64,000 nucleotides of DNA from Candidatus Hydrogenedentota bacterium. GTDB lineage: Bacteria > Hydrogenedentota > Hydrogenedentia > Hydrogenedentales > SLHB01. Numbering within the stretch: the first letter of the stretch is position 1; every line of letters begins with the position of its first letter. Where the stretch lies: NCBI GenBank assembly GCA_963745075.1, contig CAVUWV010000008.1, positions 416,001 to 480,000 on the forward strand, given 5' to 3'. The translations under genes and the position numbers were made by a program. Of this stretch, positions 42,255 through 51,177 are shown in pieces. The notes below the pieces were generated by a model, which had not been told where the DNA came from, did not search any database, and worked only from the letters and a program-made list of their open reading frames with translations.

Positions 42255-43637
42255 ATGCGCGTCGGCCTCGTCTTCCGGCTCACCGCGTGGTACGCCGTGA
42301 TTTTCACCGTGTCCTGCATTCTGGTGGGCGCGGTGGTATACGGCATCCTGGTCCGGAATCTGCATACGCGTATGGACGAAGAGCTACGGGACGAGGCGCG
42401 GGAATTCGCCTCCATTTTTGAGACCGAGACGCTCGAAACCTTCAAGAACGACGTTTCGCGGGAAGCGGTACTGGAAGGCATCGACAAAATTTACGTGCGG
42501 TTGGTGAACGCGGATGGGACCGAAGTCGTCACCACCGACCCGCGGTTGTGGCGGGGCTATGGGCTCGATCCGCTGCTTCATGAGCCGGCGCACGACGGGG
42601 AAATGAAGTTGGTTACCCTGCGCGATCCGGAGACCGGAAACGCGGCGCGGGTCCTGCAACTGGGATTGGACGATGGGCGAGTCCTGCAACTGGGGCTGTC
42701 GTTGAAGGCCGACCGGCAGGTGCTCCTGCGGCTGCGGGAATTGTTCCTCGTGGCGTTGGTCACGGTGGCGGGCATCGCGGGACTGGGCGGCTGGTTCATG
42801 GCCCGCCGTGCGCTGGCGGGCGTGGAAGCGGTGACGCGAACCGCACGTTCTATTGCGCCCGACGACATGACGAGCCGCGTGCCGGTGTCGCGGCGGGGCG
42901 ATGAAATCGACCGGTTAGCCGCGACGTTCAACGACATGCTCGATCGAATCGACACGCTGGTGCGCAGCATGCGCGAGGTCAATGACAACATCGCCCATGA
43001 CCTGCGCAGTCCCATCACGCGGATGCGGGCGTCGGCGGAGCTGACTTTCGACGCAGGGAGTGCCGGCGATCCGTGCCACACGCTCGCAGCCGAGATCGTG
43101 GAAGAGTGCGACCGGTTGCTCGCCATGATAAATACCATGCTCGACATTTCCGAAGCGGAATCGGGAGTCGTTCAGTTCCGGAAGGACTTGGTGGATCTGG
43201 CGGACCTGGTGCGGGAAGGGTGCGAACTCTTTTCCACGGCGCTCGAGGACAAGAATATCACGCTGACGGTAGACGTGCCGGAGGAACCGTGCGAAGTGCT
43301 GGGGGATATCCGATGGTTGCAGCGGGTGGTCGGCAACCTGCTGGACAATGCCGCCAAGTATACACCGTCCGGAGGAAGGGTCGCGGTGCGGACGGAACCC
43401 CGAGACAGCCAGGTCGTGGTAACGGTGGAGGACAGCGGCCCCGGGATCGCTGCAAAGGATTTGCCGCGAATCTTCGACCGGTTTTACCGCGGCGATGAAA
43501 GCCGGACGCACCACGGCAGCGGTCTGGGATTGAGCCTGGCCAAGGCGGTTGTTCAGGCGCACGGCGGCACGATCGAAGCCGCGAATGTTGCGGGAAACGG
43601 AAGCCGGTTTGCGGTGGTCTTGCCGCGAAAGAAGTAA
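42255..43637 (+). CDS. HAMP-domain sensor histidine kinase (CusS/CzcS-like)
   Basis: Two TM segments, HAMP domain, H-box IAHDLRSP, NLLDNAAKY, DSGPG, GSGLGL. Confidence 0.93.
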   Translation: MRVGLVFRLTAWYAVIFTVSCILVGAVVYGILVRNLHTRMDEELRDEAREFASIFETETLETFKNDVSREAVLEGIDKIYVRLVNADGTEVVTTDPRLWRGYGLDPLLHEPAHDGEMKLVTLRDPETGNAARVLQLGLDDGRVLQLGLSLKADRQVLLRLRELFLVALVTVAGIAGLGGWFMARRALAGVEAVTRTARSIAPDDMTSRVPVSRRGDEIDRLAATFNDMLDRIDTLVRSMREVNDNIAHDLRSPITRMRASAELTFDAGSAGDPCHTLAAEIVEECDRLLAMINTMLDISEAESGVVQFRKDLVDLADLVREGCELFSTALEDKNITLTVDVPEEPCEVLGDIRWLQRVVGNLLDNAAKYTPSGGRVAVRTEPRDSQVVVTVEDSGPGIAAKDLPRIFDRFYRGDESRTHHGSGLGLSLAKAVVQAHGGTIEAANVAGNGSRFAVVLPRKK

Positions 43638-43661
43638 ATAGCCTGTCTATTCCCGGATTTC

Positions 43662-43716
43662 ATTACCATTTGGTAATCGATTCGCAAGGTCGTAATCATT
43701 CCGAAAACGGTATACT
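43662..43716 (+). promoter_or_regulatory. Putative response-regulator box ATTAC-N6-GTAAT plus a -10 element
   Basis: ATTACCATTTGGTAAT at 43662-43677, an extra GTAAT at 43692 and TATACT at 43711-43716, between the kinase and the methyltransferase gene. Confidence 0.55.
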
Positions 43717-43803
43717 TCCACTGTAAGCATGGCGCGAAACCACGCGCTACCCCAATGGTCTCCTTCCAGACCCCCGAACGTACGAATTGGAGGAATCCCT
43801 CGA

Positions 43804-44364
43804 ATGGAGCGATATCGCAGTATCTTCAAGGTGCGCGGGCTGCTGATGGTCCCGCCGGTGCTTTTTGTGTTGTTGGTGAATTTCGGCGAGTACGAACACG
43901 ACTGGCTGGTCTTGCCCATTGGATATGGCATCTTCCTCGCGGGGGTGGCCCTGCGAGTCTGGGCGCAGATGCATCTGCATTACCGGTTAAGCGTGCGCAA
44001 GAACCTGACCAACACAGGGCCCTATGCATTTGTGCGCAATCCCATCTACATTGCAAACACCACGATGCTGCTGGGGTTGACGGTGGCGTCGGAAGTGCTT
44101 TGGTTTCTGCCCGTCATGCTGGCATGGTGCGTCGTCGTGTACCACTTTGTCGTGCGGTACGAAGAGGCCCATCTCAGGGTGAAATATGGGGACGCGTACC
44201 GCGCGTTCATGGAACAAACACCGCGATGGCTGCCGCGCGTCCCCGCGGAACGGGCGGTTGGCGCCCATACGATGCGGCGGTTTCTGAAGCCGAGTATCGT
44301 GGCTGAACTGCACTGCTTTCTGTTGCTGGTGCCGTTTGTGCTGAAAGAGATCATCGAACGCTGA
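43804..44364 (+). CDS. Isoprenylcysteine carboxylmethyltransferase / PEMT-family membrane protein
   Basis: L.NTGPYAFVRNPIY and EE..L..KYG..Y..F....PRWLP; hydrophobic protein. Confidence 0.85.
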   Translation: MERYRSIFKVRGLLMVPPVLFVLLVNFGEYEHDWLVLPIGYGIFLAGVALRVWAQMHLHYRLSVRKNLTNTGPYAFVRNPIYIANTTMLLGLTVASEVLWFLPVMLAWCVVVYHFVVRYEEAHLRVKYGDAYRAFMEQTPRWLPRVPAERAVGAHTMRRFLKPSIVAELHCFLLLVPFVLKEIIER

Positions 44365-44475
44365 CATGGACCGACACGGACGCGGGACGAAGATCCACGC
44401 GGAATTGACTCACCGCCGTTCGCAGCACATACTCGACTCCGGTAAATGACCTACATCGCGAACGGGGAATTCCTG

Positions 44476-46401
44476 ATGATTGGTACGATCGTATCGATGT
44501 TGTCCGTGCTGTGCGCGGCGGGTGCGCCGCAGAGCCTGGGGCAATTGTCGAACGGGATCGTGCGGGTGGATCTCGCGGCGACAGCGCAGGGGGCGCCGTA
44601 CGTTGCGGCATGGTTCTGGGAGCAGGACGGTGCGGTGGCGCTGCGGACGGATTCGCCGCCGGTATGGGACGGGTGGCCGGATTTGGAGCCGGGCACGGCG
44701 CAGGTCGAGGTGGATGCCGGCGACCTGGTGACGCGGGCGACGATTGTGCGCGTGGCCGATCCGAACGTAACGCTGCGCTGGGTCGTGGAACTGGTCCGCG
44801 ATACGGCGATGGTGCGACTGCATGCGGCGATCGAAAACACGGGCGCTGTGCCGTTGAAGGTCCCGTCGTTTCCGATCTGGTCCGGCAACTGGACCGTGCC
44901 GGGCGCGTCACGGATCACTTGGTGGAAGGCGCTGAGTTACGAACCAGTCTCACGGAACCTTGACGGCGACGTCTCGCTGGAAATGGCCAGCCGGCTCCAC
45001 AGTTCGGACACGCGGCTCAGCGAGGGGGTGAATCCCTATTGGCAAATCGCGAACGCCGCGGGGCAGCTTTACTTCGCGCTGGAATGGTGCGGCGGTTGGG
45101 CGGCGAGCCTGGATGCACGGGGCGACAATCTTCGGTTTCAATGGTTTCTCCCGAAGGATGAAACGCAGTTGGTGCTGGCGCCGGGTGAAACGGTGGACGG
45201 TCCAATCCTGTGCGTGACGCCCACGCGCGGCGCGTCGGAGGCGCTGTGCCGGCAGTCGTGGATGAATCAGCGCACGCGCTACGCGGCGCAACGGTACCAC
45301 GGGCCCGAACCGCGCTACGTGTTTACGTACAACCACTGGTACACGACGCGGTTCGATCTTACGGCAGATTTTTTGCGGCGGCAAGCCGAGTTGGCGCCGC
45401 CGTTCGGGTTCGACTTCTTCATCATCGACGCGGGCTGGTACCAGGCCCCGGGAAAGTGGTGGCCAGACCCGAAGAAGTTCGTGCAAGGCGAATTCGAGAC
45501 CATCCTGGGCCAAGTGCGGCAGGAGGGCATCCCGACCGGGATCTGGACCTGTCCCCAGTTCGTGCAGGACGGGGACGATCCGCGCGTGGACCAGCCCGGC
45601 GTCTACGAAAAATTTATCGACGGGCATTTGCTCGACTTGGCGGGGTGCGACTTTTCGGAGCTGTTGACGGACCACGTGGCGAAACTACGGTCCCGGTACG
45701 GAGCGAGCTGGTGGAAATACGACCAGCTCCTGTTTGCGGAGGAGACGCGGGCGGGTGTCATGCGCAATGTAATCGCGTTTCAAGACGCGCTCACCGCCGT
45801 GCGCGAGGCCAACCCCGATCTCTTCATCGAGAACTGCCAAAGCGGCGGGCGTATGGTGAATGAATTCACCGCGCTTATCACGCAGAGTCAGTGGCTACGC
45901 GACGGCGGCGGCAACGGGCTCGAACACGCGCGCGGCAATTTTGCGCAAGCCCTCGGCGCGGTCCAATTTCTTCCGCCCTGGACGGCGAATCGTTGGACGA
46001 ACAATCCCGGGCGCATGAACGACGCAAGTCCAGAGTTGTTGCGGTACTACTGCCGGAGCGCCATGGCTGGAACGTGGGGCCTCGTTGCGGATCTCGCGGA
46101 ACTCACGGACGATCAGCGCGCCGTCATTCTCGACGAGATCGCGAACTACCGCCGGTTCAACGCGATCAAGAAGGACAATCTCTATGCGATCGTCTATCCG
46201 CATGACGGCGCGGACTTCGCCGCGATCGCGTGCTTCACTGCGGACGGTACGCAGGCCGCGGCGCTGGTGCTTCGCTGGGACGCGGACGGCGCCTTTGAGG
46301 CGCGGATTCCGACGCCGTATTTGCAGGGGGATGAGCGGGACGTGGTGGTTCGGTTTGGTGCGGGGGAATTAAGTCGGCTCGTGTTTTCGGAAGCGGGCTG
46401 A
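44476..46401 (+). CDS. Secreted alpha-galactosidase-like glycoside hydrolase (GH36/clan D)
   Basis: YNHWY, FIIDAGWY, KYD nucleophile region, IENCQSGGR; N-terminal signal-like segment. Confidence 0.75.
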   Translation: MIGTIVSMLSVLCAAGAPQSLGQLSNGIVRVDLAATAQGAPYVAAWFWEQDGAVALRTDSPPVWDGWPDLEPGTAQVEVDAGDLVTRATIVRVADPNVTLRWVVELVRDTAMVRLHAAIENTGAVPLKVPSFPIWSGNWTVPGASRITWWKALSYEPVSRNLDGDVSLEMASRLHSSDTRLSEGVNPYWQIANAAGQLYFALEWCGGWAASLDARGDNLRFQWFLPKDETQLVLAPGETVDGPILCVTPTRGASEALCRQSWMNQRTRYAAQRYHGPEPRYVFTYNHWYTTRFDLTADFLRRQAELAPPFGFDFFIIDAGWYQAPGKWWPDPKKFVQGEFETILGQVRQEGIPTGIWTCPQFVQDGDDPRVDQPGVYEKFIDGHLLDLAGCDFSELLTDHVAKLRSRYGASWWKYDQLLFAEETRAGVMRNVIAFQDALTAVREANPDLFIENCQSGGRMVNEFTALITQSQWLRDGGGNGLEHARGNFAQALGAVQFLPPWTANRWTNNPGRMNDASPELLRYYCRSAMAGTWGLVADLAELTDDQRAVILDEIANYRRFNAIKKDNLYAIVYPHDGADFAAIACFTADGTQAAALVLRWDADGAFEARIPTPYLQGDERDVVVRFGAGELSRLVFSEAG

Positions 46402-46449
46402 TACGGACCGGTGGTGGGTGCTTCGGCTTCGACGTTTGGCCCTTGGCTC

Positions 46450-46473
46450 GGCGGGTTGGAAAACCCGCCCTCC
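46450..46473. repeat. REP-like palindrome, family C
   Basis: GGCGGGTTGGAAAACCCGCCCTCC; an identical copy is at 52788-52811. Confidence 0.75.
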
Positions 46474-46483
46474 ATGGGGAGGA

Positions 46484-46675
46484 TCATTCGTCTTCCTGGT
46501 GGGTATCAACGTCGACCTGGCCGTTTGCGTCGACGGTGGCTCGGATTATGATGGGGCGACAGCAGACCTCGCAGTCTTCGACATACTCCTGGTCAGGGGT
46601 GCTGCAATCGATGACGAGTTCGATGGGCGCGGCGCAGTAAGGGCAGCGCGTGGGGACGGTTTCGGTGGCGCTCAT
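46484..46675 (-). CDS. CPXCG-motif cysteine-rich small protein
   Basis: CPYC...ID.S...[14 protein letters not shown]. Confidence 0.85.
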   Translation of the reverse strand: MSATETVPTRCPYCAAPIELVIDCSTPDQEYVEDCEVCCRPIIIRATVDANGQVDVDTHQEDE

Positions 46676-46927
46676 GAGGCGATCTCCGGTCGCAGTATTT
46701 TTGAAAAGGACACGAAGGACGCAAAAGGCCGAAACGACGGGGGAGCATGGCGTATCGCTGCTTTGAGGCGCAGGCAGATCTTTTGAGTCCTTTATGTCTT
46801 TTTAGTCCCTTGTTTTCATGCTGTGAACGTGCTCCTCAACATGAAACACCGCCGCTCACGGATTTCTTTCCCGGTCGAGGATAGGAACCTTGCTTTTCCT
46901 GGAGAGACCGCAGGGACCAAAACGACG

Positions 46928-47023
46928 AAGATGGATCCCCGCTTTCTGGGAGGATGACGGAAATGGCCCAAGAATCTGACCTCGCTCCAAACCGTCATCC
47001 TCGCGAAAGCAGGGATCCATCTT
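46928..47023. repeat. REP doublet (REPIN-like), family D
   Basis: Inverted arms AAGATGGATCCCCGCTTTCTGGGAGGATGACGG and CCGTCATCCTCGCGAAAGCAGGGATCCATCTT. Confidence 0.8.
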
Positions 47024-47062
47024 GTTACGAAGGGATCGAACGCGGCTCGTGGGACGTGCGGA

Positions 47063-47425
47063 TCAGATGTTTCCTTTGGCCTGCTTCACCAGACGGTTGA
47101 TCCAGAGGTCGATGTAGTCGCCGCCGACTTCGGCGATAACATTGATGCCTTGGGTGCGGCCGAAGGTGACGGCGGCGTCGCGGGCGAGTTCACGGGCGCG
47201 GCGGCGTTCGGCGGAGGTGAGCTTGCCGTCTTCGCTGGCTTCTTTGATGGCGCGGACGTAGGTCTGGTAGGTCTGGTCGACGCCGGCTTCGAGGGCGGAT
47301 ATGGCCTGGGCGTAGCGACGCTCTTTGGCCCGCTGGTACCAGTCCCGGGATTTGAAGAAGGTCCAGGCGGCGCCGAAAACGGTGCCGAGAAGGGTGATGC
47401 TGGTATCGGAGACGAGAGATTCCAT
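47063..47425 (-). CDS. Putative holin (LL-H-like)
   Basis: One N-terminal TM segment followed by V..TYQTYV..IK..S.DGKLT..E; AAGGAG RBS; last gene of the structural cluster. Confidence 0.6.
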   Translation of the reverse strand: MESLVSDTSITLLGTVFGAAWTFFKSRDWYQRAKERRYAQAISALEAGVDQTYQTYVRAIKEASEDGKLTSAERRRARELARDAAVTFGRTQGINVIAEVGGDYIDLWINRLVKQAKGNI

Positions 47426-47449
47426 GAGGGGACTCCTTTGGTTGGTTTC

Positions 47450-47538
47450 ACTGGGAGCGCCATGCACCAGCGCGGCGAGTGCCGGGGAACACCTGCGGTA
47501 AGGACCAAGACGCCACGCTGGTGCATGGCGCTCCCAGT
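47450..47538. repeat. REP doublet, family B, second copy (inside the phage-like cluster)
   Basis: ACTGGGAGCGCCATGCACCAGCG and CGCTGGTGCATGGCGCTCCCAGT. Confidence 0.8.
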
Positions 47539-47594
47539 CGATTTACACGGACCTGCACGGACGGACACGGACAACAAATGCCGGAGTGCAGGAA

Positions 47595-48116
47595 CTACAA
47601 GAAGGTTCGGGCGTCGATAATGTAGCCGTTGATGGCGTCGTCGGTGTTTTTGATGGCGGCCATGCCAGGGCGCACATAGAGGTGCGCGAGGGCGAGGGCA
47701 TTGCTCGACGGGCTCGGCGCGACGGGCGACGCGGCTTCGGCGCCGGGGACGATGCTGATATCCCAGGTTTCGAGACGGGCTTGCACGAGATCGATGCGGG
47801 GGTTCGTCGTGGGCGGCGTGACGTCGGGCGTGGCGGTCTCGGATTCGAGGCGGTACGGGAAGCGCCCGATAAAGGCGTAGCCAGGTTTCACGTTCACGGA
47901 CAGGCCGGGCACGTCCGCGGCGACAACTTTCAGATCGTCCGTCGCGGCTTTTCGAATGACGCCGTCGCCGCCGCCCCAGGCCTGGCTGAGCAGGAAGTGG
48001 ATGAGTTCGAGGGCGGCCTCGATGCGGTCGTCCCAGGAGTTGAGTTTGGACGAGGCGACGGGGCGTTCCGCAAAGGTCCAGGAGGTCTTGGTGTAGGCTT
48101 TGCCTTTGATCGCCAT
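47595..48116 (-). CDS. Phage baseplate / minor tail protein-like
   Basis: LSVNVKPGYAFI, TNPRIDLV, ASPVAP...LALAHLYV and IIDARTF resemble a common siphophage baseplate/fibre-anchor domain; it follows Tal. Confidence 0.6.
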   Translation of the reverse strand: MAIKGKAYTKTSWTFAERPVASSKLNSWDDRIEAALELIHFLLSQAWGGGDGVIRKAATDDLKVVAADVPGLSVNVKPGYAFIGRFPYRLESETATPDVTPPTTNPRIDLVQARLETWDISIVPGAEAASPVAPSPSSNALALAHLYVRPGMAAIKNTDDAINGYIIDARTFL

Positions 48117-48144
48117 TTCGAGAATCCTTTCGGGCTGGGGTTTT

Positions 48145-49899
48145 CTAGTCGAGGTGGTAGCCGGCGTCGAGACCGACGTCGTCCGCATCGAGGCGGAACT
48201 GGAAGAGCTCCGTTTCGCGGGGTTGGCTGCGGACGGTGAAACTGAGCGGATTGGCGACGGAACGCAGCGGGGACGTAAATCGGATACGGGTTTGGAGGTG
48301 CGCGCCGGAGAAACGGTGGACGATTTCCTTCACGCGGGCGACAAGCACGCCGGGAAACCGGTCGCCCCATTCACCGTCGACTTCGCGGTCGAGACGGCGG
48401 AGGACGCCACCGCGAAGTTCGACGAGATCGCCTACGGACACGTCCGCAAACCCGTCGTAGTATTCCACTTCGTCGGAGGGCTCGGGATAGGCGATGTCGT
48501 CGAGGAGGCCTTCGACGAGTTTGTCGGCGTCCTCTTCGAGGGAGATGCCGAAGTGATCGAGCGAGCGGGCGTAGAACCCGAAAGCGTCGATACTCGCGCC
48601 GGCCCAATAGGTCTTTTCCAGTGTGCCGGTGATGGGATTGCCATCGAAGTAAACGGCGTTGATGAGGTCGCTTGAATCGGACCCGAGTGTCACGCCCATG
48701 CGCGTGGGATCGAAGAACCAAACGCGGTCGGGGCGTGTAGCTCGGCGAAAGCTTACGCGTAGCTCCGGATCGATGGACCAGATGAAACCACCCGCGGCAT
48801 AGGCCAGCGCGGTAAGTGCTTCGAGGACGCCGCCGGACGCGTCGAAGTTCACGAGAGAGACGCTCGTGCTGTCGACGGAGTCTGCCTTTGGGCCGGGGTA
48901 TGAGAAGAAATCCTTCAGCTCCATCTCAGGCACAAGGCATTGGCCGTCTTCGTAGAGATAGACTTCGGCGAGTCCCTGTTCAACGAGGGCGGCGTTGAAA
49001 CATTCGCCGCCGCCGAAGACGAGGCCGAGGTAGCGACCGTAGACGTCAACGCGATCGTCGAATGCGCCGCTTGCGTCGCGATGGGGGTTTAGTTCGATGA
49101 AGTCGATACCCTTGGTGTCGATGAGCGACTGCAACGCGGCCGTCGCGGCGTCCGCCTTCAATTTGTAGCCGCTCGCGTTGTATCGGTCGGTGGTCCAGTC
49201 TGCGACTTCTGGGTGGCGCGCGATGGCGTGCGAGTTCTTGTCGGTCTCCTCGGCATCGATGAGCATGAGGCGGACGTCGGGCCAAGGCGCGCCATCCACT
49301 TCGATGCCCGCGATAGTGTCGCCGTCTTTGGCGTAGGCATTGGTGAGGTCGAGTCGATCGCTGCCGACCCATTGGCCCGCGTCGATACCACCGTTTGCGA
49401 GTTCGTTCGTGTCCGTCTTACGTGCGAGGAATTTCTGGTATTCGCGCGCGGCGCCGTCAGGGTAGGCCGTGTGGGCGACGGTGTAGTGAATTGCACCCGG
49501 CGCGCTTTGGACGGCGTCTTTGACGATGGCGTCGATGCTGCGGTTCGTGTAGACGCGGGAAATCGTGGTGTTGCCGTCAAGGGGATCGCGCGCGGCGGCG
49601 AACTCGATGATTTCGTGGAACGTGACGTATTTCTCGAGAATGAGTTTGCGCGTTTCGCTCCATTGCGGTGCGATCTCCGTGACGGGCGCTTCGCAGAAAA
49701 GTTGCCCGTCGATCAACACACGCACCCGATAGCCGTGGCCAAGATCGGTGATACCTTCGGGCAACAGGCCGCGTACCCGATCCGCATCGCCGGGCCAGGT
49801 ACGGATTGCTTCCAGTAACGGCACGTCCGCGTAGCGCCCGATGCGCCGGCCTTCCGTGTCATAGATTTCGATAGCGTAGTTCACGTCAATCACCACCAC
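48145..49899 (-). CDS. Tal/baseplate-hub-like tail protein with an inserted thermonuclease (SNase) domain
   Basis: Directly follows Dit. Hub-like N- and C-terminal parts (DLINAVYFDG, SIDAFG, VSVGDLV) surround an internal DGDT / VRLMLIDAEE / DVYGRYLGLV / NAALVEQGLA. Confidence 0.7.
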   Translation of the reverse strand: MVVIDVNYAIEIYDTEGRRIGRYADVPLLEAIRTWPGDADRVRGLLPEGITDLGHGYRVRVLIDGQLFCEAPVTEIAPQWSETRKLILEKYVTFHEIIEFAAARDPLDGNTTISRVYTNRSIDAIVKDAVQSAPGAIHYTVAHTAYPDGAAREYQKFLARKTDTNELANGGIDAGQWVGSDRLDLTNAYAKDGDTIAGIEVDGAPWPDVRLMLIDAEETDKNSHAIARHPEVADWTTDRYNASGYKLKADAATAALQSLIDTKGIDFIELNPHRDASGAFDDRVDVYGRYLGLVFGGGECFNAALVEQGLAEVYLYEDGQCLVPEMELKDFFSYPGPKADSVDSTSVSLVNFDASGGVLEALTALAYAAGGFIWSIDPELRVSFRRATRPDRVWFFDPTRMGVTLGSDSSDLINAVYFDGNPITGTLEKTYWAGASIDAFGFYARSLDHFGISLEEDADKLVEGLLDDIAYPEPSDEVEYYDGFADVSVGDLVELRGGVLRRLDREVDGEWGDRFPGVLVARVKEIVHRFSGAHLQTRIRFTSPLRSVANPLSFTVRSQPRETELFQFRLDADDVGLDAGYHLD

Positions 49900-50576
49900 C
49901 GGTCGTGGACCGACACGACCGCTTCAGCGTCGTGGGAGCTGGCAGGATCGTCGGTGTAGGTTAGCGTCGTCCCTTCCGGTGCGATCTCGGGGAAAAGACC
50001 GGTCGTGTAGGGCGTCACGTCGACGCCGTCGAGGGTGACGCGGGAATTCGGCCCGTCAAAGATCAGCACGGACGCGGAGGACACAACGCCATTGTAAAGG
50101 ATGCTCCAGATACCATCAGAAATGGACGGATTGATGAGATTGTCGTTTGCGGTGATTGTGATTGCCGGTACGGAGGTGTAGTTACCGCCGGCGGATACGA
50201 CAAGGGTCGCGCCGGAGGCGTTGATGGGCCAGTTCTCGCTCGTGGGATCGACGGACCGCTCGTAAGGATCGCGGGCGTGGAGTTTCAATGTGAAGTTGCC
50301 GACGCGGGCGTCGTTCGCGATCTCGCGTTTGAACTCCGTGCGGCGGACGTAGAGTTCGCGGTCCGTGCGAATGGAGAGCGCGGCGGTGTAATCCTCCGAG
50401 GACACCGCGTCGAGAATGGCGTCGAGTTTGGTTTCGATAGCGGCGGCGGTGGACTCGCCCACGATGAGTCCGGCGATCTCGATGACGCGCTCGCGGCGGC
50501 CGCCGACTTCCTGGTGCGTCTCACGGACCGTGGTGTGGGCGGGATCGAAGGTGTGGTTTCCCAGCGTAATGGCCAC
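49890..50576 (-). CDS. Distal tail protein (Dit)-like
   Basis: F.LKL.ARDPYE.S, G.FPEIAPEG and C-terminal DRWW fit the siphophage Dit pattern; overlaps the Tal start. Confidence 0.68.
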   Translation of the reverse strand: MAITLGNHTFDPAHTTVRETHQEVGGRRERVIEIAGLIVGESTAAAIETKLDAILDAVSSEDYTAALSIRTDRELYVRRTEFKREIANDARVGNFTLKLHARDPYERSVDPTSENWPINASGATLVVSAGGNYTSVPAITITANDNLINPSISDGIWSILYNGVVSSASVLIFDGPNSRVTLDGVDVTPYTTGLFPEIAPEGTTLTYTDDPASSHDAEAVVSVHDRWW

Positions 50577-50579
50577 GGG

Positions 50580-50996
50580 TTAGTCCTCCCCGAGGATGGG
50601 GGTCGAACCGGTCGCGTCGGCGGGGATGCGGGCAGGGGCATCGCGGAGGTACGGTTCGAGGACGTACCACGCCTGCTTTTCCGTGAGGGCCGCGACGCCG
50701 GTCAGTGCGCGGAAGCGGTTGCCATCCTCGACGCGTTGGCCGCCGATAGCGACGTTTTTCTGGGCGAAGGCGTCGTGGGCCGCAAGGGACCGGAAGAGGT
50801 ACGCACCCGCGAGCAGAGTTTCGCCGGAGACGAGACCGGGGTCGGGGGATTCGGTGTCGACGTCGGGATCGATCTGGCGGAGGATGTTGCGGTGCGCGTC
50901 GTCGATGGCGGCGACGACGAGGTCCTGGGGGACGGCGACGGTGTCGTTGAGCTGGAATTTGAGGCGGACATCGGCTTCGGTGGTGAAGTTGGGCAT
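50580..50996 (-). CDS. Head-tail adaptor (gp6/gp36-like)
   Basis: 138 aa directly downstream of the capsid gene; FTT.ADVR, I.DAH..I and A...LEPYL helical adaptor pattern; GGAGG RBS. Confidence 0.62.
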   Translation of the reverse strand: MPNFTTEADVRLKFQLNDTVAVPQDLVVAAIDDAHRNILRQIDPDVDTESPDPGLVSGETLLAGAYLFRSLAAHDAFAQKNVAIGGQRVEDGNRFRALTGVAALTEKQAWYVLEPYLRDAPARIPADATGSTPILGED

Positions 50997-51177
50997 GGGC
51001 GGAACCTCCGGGAAGAAGAACACGGACCTATACGGACAAGCACGGACGGACACGGACAAAGCAACCGAGGCCACCGCACGAGCCGCGCGAACAGCAGCTT
51101 TTGGCGGGGCCTGGGGCCTCTTGTGGCGTAGAGGCCCCAGGCGTGGGCCGGATGGGCGGGTCCGGCGAGGAGATTCG

